From IMG/VR virus record IMGVR_UViG_3300028364_000018, positions 58,488-122,487 of that record: a stretch of 64,000 nucleotides of DNA. The stretch is one strand, 5' to 3'. Source of the DNA: a virus. Of this stretch, positions 8,245 to 16,224 are shown piece after piece. Both the position numbers and the translations under genes were made by a program. The notes under the pieces were generated by a model. That model did no database searches. It saw only the letters and a program-made list of their open reading frames with translations, and was not told the DNA's origin. Position 1 is the stretch's first letter; each line of letters starts with the position of its first letter.

Positions 8245-8608
8245 AACCCAAACTAGATATCTGATACTGGCCCTCGCCCTGGGCCTTCCGGCGTTCACCA
8301 ATACCGGTTGTACGCACGTCGAGATCCCCGCCGCAATAGAGGGGGAGGCCGATCTCTCCAGAGAGGTCTATACAAGACTCAGAGGCACGTACTTCAATTT
8401 GGCGGTGCATACACTGCACATCGAGCACGGAGCACCTCCAGAAGTACGGATGATCGGTCAACGCCTAGAGGTGCAGATAGATGGGTCGGAACCGCAACTT
8501 GATTGGGCGGTGGATGAGGTGGTGCGCCTCATCCAACTAAACACCCCAGAAGAAGATTGGGGAGAACTCGACCCTGCGCTGTTCTACGACCGGAGTTGGG
8601 AACGATGA
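8228..8608 (+). CDS. Lipoprotein, partner of S8 protease (copy 2)
   Basis: Lipobox NTGC; paralog of 886..1275. Confidence 0.8.
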   Translation: MLRLLRTQTRYLILALALGLPAFTNTGCTHVEIPAAIEGEADLSREVYTRLRGTYFNLAVHTLHIEHGAPPEVRMIGQRLEVQIDGSEPQLDWAVDEVVRLIQLNTPEEDWGELDPALFYDRSWER

Positions 8609-9405
8609 GGCCTCGGGTACTGGTGGCAGACACCTGGAGTAAGGATGTGGATAACCGCCTTAAACGGGCTTTCCCCAATGCCCGCTTCATCCCCTTGGGA
8701 ACACCCTCTGGAAACCATCCGCACGGTCATATGGTGACGGAGGCTCTCCTTACCCGATTCGGGCAGGGTGAGATCGATATCTACCTCTATGCACACCTAG
8801 AAGAGCAACAGCAACATACTCAAGGCTGGCTTGAACAAGCACGGAAGCATCAAATCCCATGGATCAACAATAGCTGGGGGGCGACCGCCCGTGGATCCTA
8901 TGTTGTACCGCAACACCGGGATATGGAGGGGCTCCTCGCATTGTTTGCGGCTGGCAACAGCGATAGGTCGCGCAGAGGTAAGCCCGACACTACTTGGGAT
9001 GTGAATGAGCCGCAGAGGAGTCTGGCTCACCTGCAGGGCACCGTAATAATTGGTAGTTGTGATGCACGGGGTCTCCCCAGCACCTGGTCTTCTGATGGAC
9101 TGGTGGATGTGGCCTACCGTGGTGAACGTCATTGGTTATTCAACCCACTCACAGGGTTCTACGAGTGGGTGGATGGTACGTCCTTCGCCTGCCCGTTGGC
9201 ATCGGCAGACGCCGTAAGAATGAACCTGCGTACCGAAGAGCAACTTAAAGAGTGGTGGAGTCAACCCGGGGTTGCAACCCGCGCACCTGGTTGGCCACAG
9301 AACATCCTACACCCGAAAACAGGAAGAGGCTTTATATCTGATGCCCTACCCAAGGCCCCGCACGTGGCCTCACTTTCTTATAGTGAGTATACTCGGGTCT
9401 CCTGA
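8605..9405 (+). CDS. Subtilisin-like (S8) serine protease (copy 2, 266 aa)
   Basis: ATG 8605 (ATGA overlap). Motifs VLVADT, HPHGHMV, INNSWG, AAGNSD, GSCD..STWSSDG.VDVAYRGE, GTSFACP. Confidence 0.85.
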   Translation: MRPRVLVADTWSKDVDNRLKRAFPNARFIPLGTPSGNHPHGHMVTEALLTRFGQGEIDIYLYAHLEEQQQHTQGWLEQARKHQIPWINNSWGATARGSYVVPQHRDMEGLLALFAAGNSDRSRRGKPDTTWDVNEPQRSLAHLQGTVIIGSCDARGLPSTWSSDGLVDVAYRGERHWLFNPLTGFYEWVDGTSFACPLASADAVRMNLRTEEQLKEWWSQPGVATRAPGWPQNILHPKTGRGFISDALPKAPHVASLSYSEYTRVS

Positions 9406-9863
9406 TGTACTACAATAGCCTGTCTAACACGTACTTCGGTAACGATGGTAAGCTAGAGTGGCACGGTTGGCGGGATGTCCCATGGGTTTCCGTGGGAGAT
9501 GGACCTCTGTCCTCCAGACCCTTCACATTGGTACGCCCTGCCCACTTTTATAGTCGCACGGTCGACCGTTGGATAGATCTACCAGACGGCTTCTCCACCG
9601 ACTTCTTTAGTATACCAAGGCCCTGGCGCTGGTACTTCCAAACGATGGGTCCCGGGAGGACAGCCGCGCTTCTACACGACTTCCTAGTGGAAGACCGCCC
9701 TGATTGGTGTGATACCCACCTAGCCTCCGCCATTTTCATGGAGGCCTTGACCCTAGCCAAGATTGGTGGTTGGCGCGTCCAAGCTTTTGGTTGGGCTACT
9801 GAGCATTATGGCCCCCAATTTTCTAAGAAATATCCGTATAATACACAACCCAAGGGACGGTGA
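9405..9863 (+). CDS. DUF1353-family protein
   Basis: GFSTDFFSIPR..W..AALLHDFL..AIFMEAL signature. Confidence 0.8.
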   Translation: MYYNSLSNTYFGNDGKLEWHGWRDVPWVSVGDGPLSSRPFTLVRPAHFYSRTVDRWIDLPDGFSTDFFSIPRPWRWYFQTMGPGRTAALLHDFLVEDRPDWCDTHLASAIFMEALTLAKIGGWRVQAFGWATEHYGPQFSKKYPYNTQPKGR

Positions 9864-11035
9864 TGAAAACAGAAAAGATAGTTAGGCACCAAGGTGGGGT
9901 ACTCACCGAACGACAACAGGAGGTGCTAGACACCTACCTGACCTGCATGTGTAAACAGGAGACAGCCAATAAACTAGGTCTTAGTAGGAGCTCCGTACGC
10001 TCTCACCTACAAGTGATAGAGCGCAAGGGGCAAGCCCCATGGTTATCAGGAGCTCCCCAACCTGAGCACCTTAAGATGGTGAAGACCACAGTCCAGTACG
10101 ACGCAGGCGGTAATGTGGTTCAGGAATGGCGACGGAATATCCCGGACGTGCAATTTATGGAGGATGTGATAGAGGCCTGCGCTGCCCGACTTAAAGGTCT
10201 GGGTAAGGCCAAGGCCCGACGCGGGCGTAACCGTAAAGATAAAGGACGGCTGGTCGAGATCGATATCTACGATCCACACATTGGGATGTACGCAGATGCG
10301 AGGGAGACCAACGACGAGGACTATGATACGGATAAGGCCAGTATCCGGATGGTACAGGCCGTAGAGAACCTACTAGAACGAACACCCCAAGCGGAAGAGC
10401 GAGTTCTGGTGTTCGGAGGAGATATCCAACACAGTGACAACCGTTCTAACACCACGGAGATGAGTAAAAACGTGCTGGATGTGGATACGCGGTATTTCCG
10501 GGTGGTGAATCACGTGGCGAGGACCTGTGTGGATTGTGTGCATATGGCGGCCGCCAGTTGTAAGAAGCTTACAGTGGTGGTCATCCCCGGTAACCACGAT
10601 TACCACGCTGGTATATGGCTCCAGACCCTGCTACGAACCATATACGAGGGACAATCGAATGTAACGATCCTCGATCAGTACAGTTCCCGCAAGGTCATGG
10701 TCTGGGGAGAGAACATGCTTTGTTGGGCACACGGTGACGGCGTGCGCGGTAATAAATGGGCACCTGTGATTGCCGCGGAGTTTGCTAAGGAGTGGGGAAA
10801 CACCACCTTCCGACACCTGAAGCTAGGTCACATCCATCATGCCAAGACCGTCGCACCGGTAGTGGTGGACGAACAAGCGGGGTTACTGGTTGAACACCTA
10901 GAGGCCCTTTGCCCTTCCGACGCCTGGCACAGCCACTCAGGCTTTGTCGGCACCCAGCGTGGGGCCTCCGCCTTTGAGTACGACAAGAAGTACGGACTCT
11001 ACACCAGGCATTATCACAGCGCCACCCGCGTTTAA
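9863..11035 (+). CDS. HTH plus calcineurin-like metallophosphoesterase
   Basis: N-terminal HTH (QETANKLGLSRSSVRSHL); motifs DPHIG, GDIQH, GNHD, AHGD, GHIHH. Confidence 0.85.
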   Translation: MKTEKIVRHQGGVLTERQQEVLDTYLTCMCKQETANKLGLSRSSVRSHLQVIERKGQAPWLSGAPQPEHLKMVKTTVQYDAGGNVVQEWRRNIPDVQFMEDVIEACAARLKGLGKAKARRGRNRKDKGRLVEIDIYDPHIGMYADARETNDEDYDTDKASIRMVQAVENLLERTPQAEERVLVFGGDIQHSDNRSNTTEMSKNVLDVDTRYFRVVNHVARTCVDCVHMAAASCKKLTVVVIPGNHDYHAGIWLQTLLRTIYEGQSNVTILDQYSSRKVMVWGENMLCWAHGDGVRGNKWAPVIAAEFAKEWGNTTFRHLKLGHIHHAKTVAPVVVDEQAGLLVEHLEALCPSDAWHSHSGFVGTQRGASAFEYDKKYGLYTRHYHSATRV

Positions 11036-11049
11036 CACATATTTGTCTC

Positions 11050-11080
11050 GACAGAGTGGGGGATGATCCCCTATTCTGTC
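11050..11080 (+). other. 14-bp hairpin overlapping a promoter-like sequence
   Basis: GACAGAGTGGGGGA-TGA-TCCCCTATTCTGTC (two G-U pairs); contains TCGACA-N18-TATTCT. Confidence 0.6.
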
Positions 11081-11101
11081 TAGAACACCAAAGGATATTT
11101 T

Positions 11102-11410
11102 ATGAGCCAAAACGGAAACATCGCATTACTATTCAAAGATAACACCAGCACCTCTGAGCTGGAGAGCCCCGCTCTTAACCGGGTGAGCTACGGATCCAAC
11201 ACCTTCTATGTGAAGAATCCGAATGGAGTGTCAATCACCTTGGAAGTCAGCCCCGACGGTAACTTCTGGGTACCCCTGCAAGATGCATCCACTGAGGAGG
11301 CGTTTATCGTCCACTCCCTGTTGAACAGCAAGTTCATACGGGCCACACGCTCGGCTGATGCCGGGACAGTCACTGTCTGGGTCATTAGCGGCGGACTCGC
11401 ACACCTGTAA
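11102..11410 (+). CDS. Small beta-sandwich hypothetical protein
   Basis: SD aaggat; ITLEVSPDGNFW..KFIRA pattern. Confidence 0.6.
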   Translation: MSQNGNIALLFKDNTSTSELESPALNRVSYGSNTFYVKNPNGVSITLEVSPDGNFWVPLQDASTEEAFIVHSLLNSKFIRATRSADAGTVTVWVISGGLAHL

Positions 11411-11413
11411 GCT

Positions 11414-13657
11414 GTGAAAGCCGTACAACTACTCATTGAATCCCGGCTTCCTCCAGAACTGCGCGATTATAACCGGGAGTACACAGCTAAGTCCATAGGG
11501 AATCTCCTATCGGACTTGGCAGTTTCGTACCCAGATAAGTACGACGAGGTGAGCAGGCTTATCGGTGACACTGGGCGTAACAGTAGTTACTGGCAGGGTG
11601 ACACCATCAAACTGTCTGACCTGAAGCCCGTATTCGACAAAGAACCGTTGTTGGAGCAGATGAAGGCGGAGATCGCGGGCTTACCACGGGATGACCCGAA
11701 GTTCGAGGACCAGCGCCAGGCTGTATGGATCCGGTACAACGAGGAGATGCAGAGGCTCACCAACGAGGCAGGAGCCACGTCCGATAACAGCATCGCACGA
11801 GCTGTATTGAGCGGTGCGCGTGGTAAACCCGACCAGATGAAGATGATGCTGACCGCCCCCGGACTCTACTCCAACAGTAAGGGTGTAGTTCCGTTATTCA
11901 TCAGTCATAGCTTTGGAGAGGGCCTGCGCCCCGCTGAATACCTGGCTAGTACCTACGGAGCACGTGATAGTATTGTGAAGATCAAGACCGCTACGGCGAA
12001 AGGTGGCGATTTTGGGAAGCAAATTGCGCAAACTGCTGCTACTACGATAGTTACGACGAAAGACTGCGGTACAGACAACGGGTTGGACTTGGATTTGGCA
12101 GACCCCTCGCTGAGAGGCCGGGTGCTGGCTAAGGCCGTGGGTGGGCTGGGAGTCGGAACTGTTTTAGATCGAAGTGCCTTACAACAGTTGGAGAAGGAGA
12201 AGGTCACGACCGTTATAGCGAGGTCGGCCATGACCTGTAATGCCGGTACTGGTGTGTGCCAGCAGTGCATCGGTAAGTTTCACGATCAACGCTTTCCTAA
12301 GATAGGGGAGGCAGTGGGGGTAACAGCGGCTAACGCATTAAGCGAGCCCGTCACTCAAGGCAGCCTTGGATGTCTAACGGACGATACACTGGTTCGTATG
12401 ACAGACTTCACTACCAAAAGAATCGACCAGATCAAGGTCGGGGACATGGTGTTAGGCTCGGATGTAAAGGCCAGGACCTTCCCGGTCAAGGTCCTACATG
12501 TGTGGGATAAAGGACTCCAACCGGTCAAGCGTCGGGTTTTCACCCAGCCGGAGCTATCAGTGGACTGTACTGACGACCATATCATGCTCTTGTCGGATGC
12601 ACAGGGTGTTCTCAGCAAACAACCAGCTGGAACCCCGGGAGAGGTGTTGGCCCCCATAGTCGGGCTTCCACACCCTCTACCCAGAACAGCTGTGGAAGAC
12701 CTAGGCCTTCTTCACTGCATGGACATCAGCGTCGATCACCCGGATGAGCTGTTTGTCCTAGCCAACGGTTTGATAGTTAAGAACAGCAAACATTCGGGAG
12801 GCCAGACAACAGGTAAAAAAGAGTATTCGGGCTTCAACGTCATCAACCAACTTGTGCAATCCCCAGAGGAGTTCCCAGACAGAGCCCTAGTCTCGGAAGA
12901 GAGCGGTACAGTCAGCTCCGTAGAAGAAGCACCCCAAGGTGGGTTCATCGTGACTGTTGGAGAATCCCAGCATTACGTACCCCAGGGGTATCCGGTGATG
13001 GTTAAGTCCGGCGACCGGGTTGAGGCGGGTGATCAGCTCAGCGAGGGCCTGATAGACGCGGGTGACATCGTACGCCTTCGTGGTCTAGGTAGCGGACGGC
13101 GTTACTTTGCGGATCGCCTACACCGTGTACTGGAAGACAGTGGATTCGGAGGGGATAAACGTAATGTGGAGATCGTAAGTCGGTCTGTCATTGATCATGC
13201 TCGTGTCGAGGATGACCAGAACCTACCCGGGACACTCCCTGACGATCAGATCAGCTACAACCGCCTTAGCCAGACCTACACCCCACCAGCGTCCTCCAAA
13301 CGTCTTCCAACAGCAGATACAGTCGGCCAATACCTACAGAGCCCGGCTCTGCACTACTCGATTGGAACCCGGCTAAGCCCCTCCCAAGTAAAACGCCTCC
13401 AAACATCGGGCTATACCCATCTTGAGGTATCTCCGGAAGAGCCGGGGTTCCGTACGGAGATGCAGAGACTTCGGACATCCACACAGACCAACCCCGACTG
13501 GTTGGCCCGGCAAGGCGCTTCGTACCTCAAGAGTAATTTACTGGAAGGGGCGGTCCGAGGACAGGACACCAATATACAATCTAACATTCATTTTGGACCG
13601 AGGCTTGCATTTGGTAAGGATTTCGGTAAGAATACGGCAACTACAGGAGAATTTTAA
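11414..13657 (+). CDS. rpoC: Phage RNA polymerase beta-prime subunit, C-terminal half, intein-containing
   Basis: SGARG, SFGEGL.PAEY..STYGAR (bridge helix), KDCGT and CNAGTGVCQQC (Zn site), GEAVGV.AA..LSEPVTQ, SKHSGG (trigger loop), KRNVEIV. No NADFDGD motif, so this is one piece of a split subunit. Confidence 0.92.
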   Translation: MKAVQLLIESRLPPELRDYNREYTAKSIGNLLSDLAVSYPDKYDEVSRLIGDTGRNSSYWQGDTIKLSDLKPVFDKEPLLEQMKAEIAGLPRDDPKFEDQRQAVWIRYNEEMQRLTNEAGATSDNSIARAVLSGARGKPDQMKMMLTAPGLYSNSKGVVPLFISHSFGEGLRPAEYLASTYGARDSIVKIKTATAKGGDFGKQIAQTAATTIVTTKDCGTDNGLDLDLADPSLRGRVLAKAVGGLGVGTVLDRSALQQLEKEKVTTVIARSAMTCNAGTGVCQQCIGKFHDQRFPKIGEAVGVTAANALSEPVTQGSLGCLTDDTLVRMTDFTTKRIDQIKVGDMVLGSDVKARTFPVKVLHVWDKGLQPVKRRVFTQPELSVDCTDDHIMLLSDAQGVLSKQPAGTPGEVLAPIVGLPHPLPRTAVEDLGLLHCMDISVDHPDELFVLANGLIVKNSKHSGGQTTGKKEYSGFNVINQLVQSPEEFPDRALVSEESGTVSSVEEAPQGGFIVTVGESQHYVPQGYPVMVKSGDRVEAGDQLSEGLIDAGDIVRLRGLGSGRRYFADRLHRVLEDSGFGGDKRNVEIVSRSVIDHARVEDDQNLPGTLPDDQISYNRLSQTYTPPASSKRLPTADTVGQYLQSPALHYSIGTRLSPSQVKRLQTSGYTHLEVSPEEPGFRTEMQRLRTSTQTNPDWLARQGASYLKSNLLEGAVRGQDTNIQSNIHFGPRLAFGKDFGKNTATTGEF
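12371..12784 (+). mobile_element. Mini-intein (138 aa, no homing endonuclease)
   Basis: Starts CLTDDTLV..KRIDQIKVGDMV, block B CTDDH, ends MDISVDHPDELFVLANGLIVKN followed by Ser +1. Confidence 0.9.
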
Positions 13658-14538
13658 TGAACCACACACAGAAACTACAAGCAGCGCAATTAATGATGGA
13701 GAAAGAGGCCGGGATGAAGGCCTTGTTGGGTGGAGCTAAGAAAGTCCTCCCTTTTATGGGACAGGCGTTTAAGGGCGTGCCCGAACAGGTAGGAATTGCT
13801 CGGGCTGCGGGAGGTGCTAAAGGTGTATTGGGAGCTGGTTGGAAATCTATCACGGGAGGCGGGGCAGGTATTCGCAACACCATTGGCGGTTGGAATAACC
13901 GTAGACGGGCCATGGGCTTAACACGCAAGATGAAAGACCTGCGAGGTCAGTATGCGCTTACTGATAACCCCGCACTCCGTACGACCTTGACCGGTAAAAT
14001 GGATGATCTAGGGGTCCAAGCTCGCAAATACCTCAAAATGGATGATGCGCCCAGTTTGGGTAATATGGATGACATTAGCCGGCTTGGAGCTGTTGGCAGG
14101 CTGCAGAAGAACATGGGGGTGAAGACTATGAAGGCCAACCCATTCGGAACCGCAGCCTTAACCGCTGGTGGTATGTACGGCGGTGCCCAAGGCATTGGCT
14201 ACGGCGCGGGGCTCGCCACAGGTGATCGCAGTGGCGAACGCCAGTTTCAGGACATGAGCCAGATGGATACCCTCAGTCGCATTCAGTACCTACTCAACCC
14301 CGAGCAGTTCATTCAGAACCAAGGACAACGCTGGGATGAGAGTGGTAAACAACCTTCGGTCCTGAACTGGGCAATGTCTGGTATCGGTGGATTCCGTAGT
14401 GGTCAACGCCAGATACAGGACGTGATGGATAATCGAGCTTTACAGACCATGGGACAAGCACCCTGGTACCAACGTCTGGGCTACACCGTAGCACCACAAA
14501 CAGCTATAGACCGTGTAAGACAGGGTATGGGACGCTAA
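13657..14538 (+). CDS. Leader-bearing Gly-rich putative internal head/ejection protein
   Basis: N-terminus MNHTQKLQAAQLMMEKEA; Gly/Ala/Met-rich cargo. Confidence 0.6.
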   Translation: MNHTQKLQAAQLMMEKEAGMKALLGGAKKVLPFMGQAFKGVPEQVGIARAAGGAKGVLGAGWKSITGGGAGIRNTIGGWNNRRRAMGLTRKMKDLRGQYALTDNPALRTTLTGKMDDLGVQARKYLKMDDAPSLGNMDDISRLGAVGRLQKNMGVKTMKANPFGTAALTAGGMYGGAQGIGYGAGLATGDRSGERQFQDMSQMDTLSRIQYLLNPEQFIQNQGQRWDESGKQPSVLNWAMSGIGGFRSGQRQIQDVMDNRALQTMGQAPWYQRLGYTVAPQTAIDRVRQGMGR

Positions 14539-15137
14539 TGACCAACCTTGAGAAACTCCAGGCCGCTCAGGCCCTCCGCGTCAAGGAATCCAGCTGGATT
14601 CCCCGGACCGTAGGCTGGTTGGGCGCCAAAGGCTGGGGGGCCGCCAAGTATTTGGCTCCCAAGGCCCTGAAAGGACCGAAGATCAGTCAAGGACCACGGC
14701 GAGCCCTGGGTTGGTTGGGTCAGAGCTATGGCGGGGCAGCCTCCGGAGTTGGGAACTTTGGTTTGCGCAATTCCAAGCATGGTGGCAAGTTCTTTAAGGC
14801 ACTCCGCGACCTAGGCTACCAAGGACAGAACTTTGGGACGCTCCAACGCGATATCATAGGCAATCAAGCGTGGTCCAAGGCATTCGCAGGTGGAAACTAC
14901 AACCCGGCTAACTGGGGGCGCCACGCTCTCCGTAACTGGTCCGGTTTTGCCCTAGGTAGTGGTATGATCCCTCACACAGCTATCCCCTACTTTGGGTTAT
15001 CTCCTATGAACCTTGTGCTGGGCGCCCAAGACGTAGCCAGTAGAGCTAAAGCACAACCCCGGATTCCGAGGGCTCCTCGCCCGCCAGTGCCGTCCCATAA
15101 CAACTATACCTACGCAACTAACTACCCTAGGCGATAA
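14538..15137 (+). CDS. Leader-bearing Gly-rich putative internal head protein
   Basis: N-terminus MTNLEKLQAAQALRVKES. Confidence 0.6.
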   Translation: MTNLEKLQAAQALRVKESSWIPRTVGWLGAKGWGAAKYLAPKALKGPKISQGPRRALGWLGQSYGGAASGVGNFGLRNSKHGGKFFKALRDLGYQGQNFGTLQRDIIGNQAWSKAFAGGNYNPANWGRHALRNWSGFALGSGMIPHTAIPYFGLSPMNLVLGAQDVASRAKAQPRIPRAPRPPVPSHNNYTYATNYPRR

Positions 15138-15138
15138 A

Positions 15139-15837
15139 ATGAATGATGTCATGAAACCAGAACTGCTAGAAACCAACCTTATCAAGATCTGCACATTAGG
15201 CAGCCGTGCCGCGGTACAGAACAGAACTCCGGGATACTACCAACACGTAATCAGCGGTTGCGACTGGGCTGGGTCTGACTACAAGCTACCTAACACCCCG
15301 CCAGATAGCTTCAACGCCCACGTTATGTTGGGTATCACCCCTGCGGGTGAGTTTGATATCCTACATATGGATCAGACCGCGGGCTCAGAACGCCAATGGG
15401 TCGTGAATTGTGTCCTGGACGACCATAAACGCTTGGGAGGCACCGCCCTTGCCAGCGACTTCGGAGCCGGAGTGGTTTCTAATGAGCTACTAGGGAAAGT
15501 TCTGGACCCCGCACAACATACGATCTTTAACTACTGTGGAGCAGACAACCCGGAAGTGCAGGACTCTGAGTTCGGACCCCGTCATGTTAGTATCAACCGC
15601 AATGCATCCCTTACTGGGTTCTTCGATGCCATAAGAGCAGGGCGTATCCGCTGCTATGATTGGGACGAGGCTGAGGCACTGCTGAGTGACTGCCTGTGTA
15701 TGTCCCACAAAGAGACTCCGGCCTTCCGTTATGTCAGAACAGGGTCGGAACCAGTTAACACCATCCACGCCCTGAATTTCGCTTTCACTTTGGGCAAGAT
15801 CATGCTAGGGGAATACCCTAATTACAAAAGGTACTAA
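15139..15837 (+). CDS. Stand-alone paralog of the terminase nuclease domain
   Basis: Colinear with the C-terminus of 60745..62610: ICTLG, SGCDW, VMLGIT..FDI.HM, LASDFGAG, RIRCY.W.EA, NFAF.LGKIMLGE. Confidence 0.85.
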   Translation: MNDVMKPELLETNLIKICTLGSRAAVQNRTPGYYQHVISGCDWAGSDYKLPNTPPDSFNAHVMLGITPAGEFDILHMDQTAGSERQWVVNCVLDDHKRLGGTALASDFGAGVVSNELLGKVLDPAQHTIFNYCGADNPEVQDSEFGPRHVSINRNASLTGFFDAIRAGRIRCYDWDEAEALLSDCLCMSHKETPAFRYVRTGSEPVNTIHALNFAFTLGKIMLGEYPNYKRY

Positions 15838-15838
15838 T

Positions 15839-16207
15839 ATGAATAACTCAGAAAAACTACAAGCCTCACTATTGGTGAAAGAGGCGATAAACTGGGGAGC
15901 TGTACGAAACTACGGCGAACGTATGGGGCGCGGAGTGCGTAGATCTGGAGACTGGCGCGAGTTTGGGAAGGGCCTGGTTTCGGCGCCTGCAAACTTAGCA
16001 AGCGCCCTCAATATAGGTAAAGGTATAGACCCTGTCGGAGCTGCGGGGGGTCTAGGCTCTTACATATCGGGAGCAGGTCTAACAGGTTTGGCGACGGCAC
16101 CCTTTATACTGCTAAATAATAAAATACTTGATAAGAAGCTAGCAGAATCAGAAACTAAACCCGGTGCACGAAGCTTCGCTGACATAGTGTGGAGAAATAA
16201 AATTTAA
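15839..16207 (+). CDS. Leader-bearing Gly-rich putative internal head protein
   Basis: N-terminus MNNSEKLQASLLVKEA. Confidence 0.6.
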   Translation: MNNSEKLQASLLVKEAINWGAVRNYGERMGRGVRRSGDWREFGKGLVSAPANLASALNIGKGIDPVGAAGGLGSYISGAGLTGLATAPFILLNNKILDKKLAESETKPGARSFADIVWRNKI

Positions 16208-16224
16208 TAACGGAGAAAGCAAAT

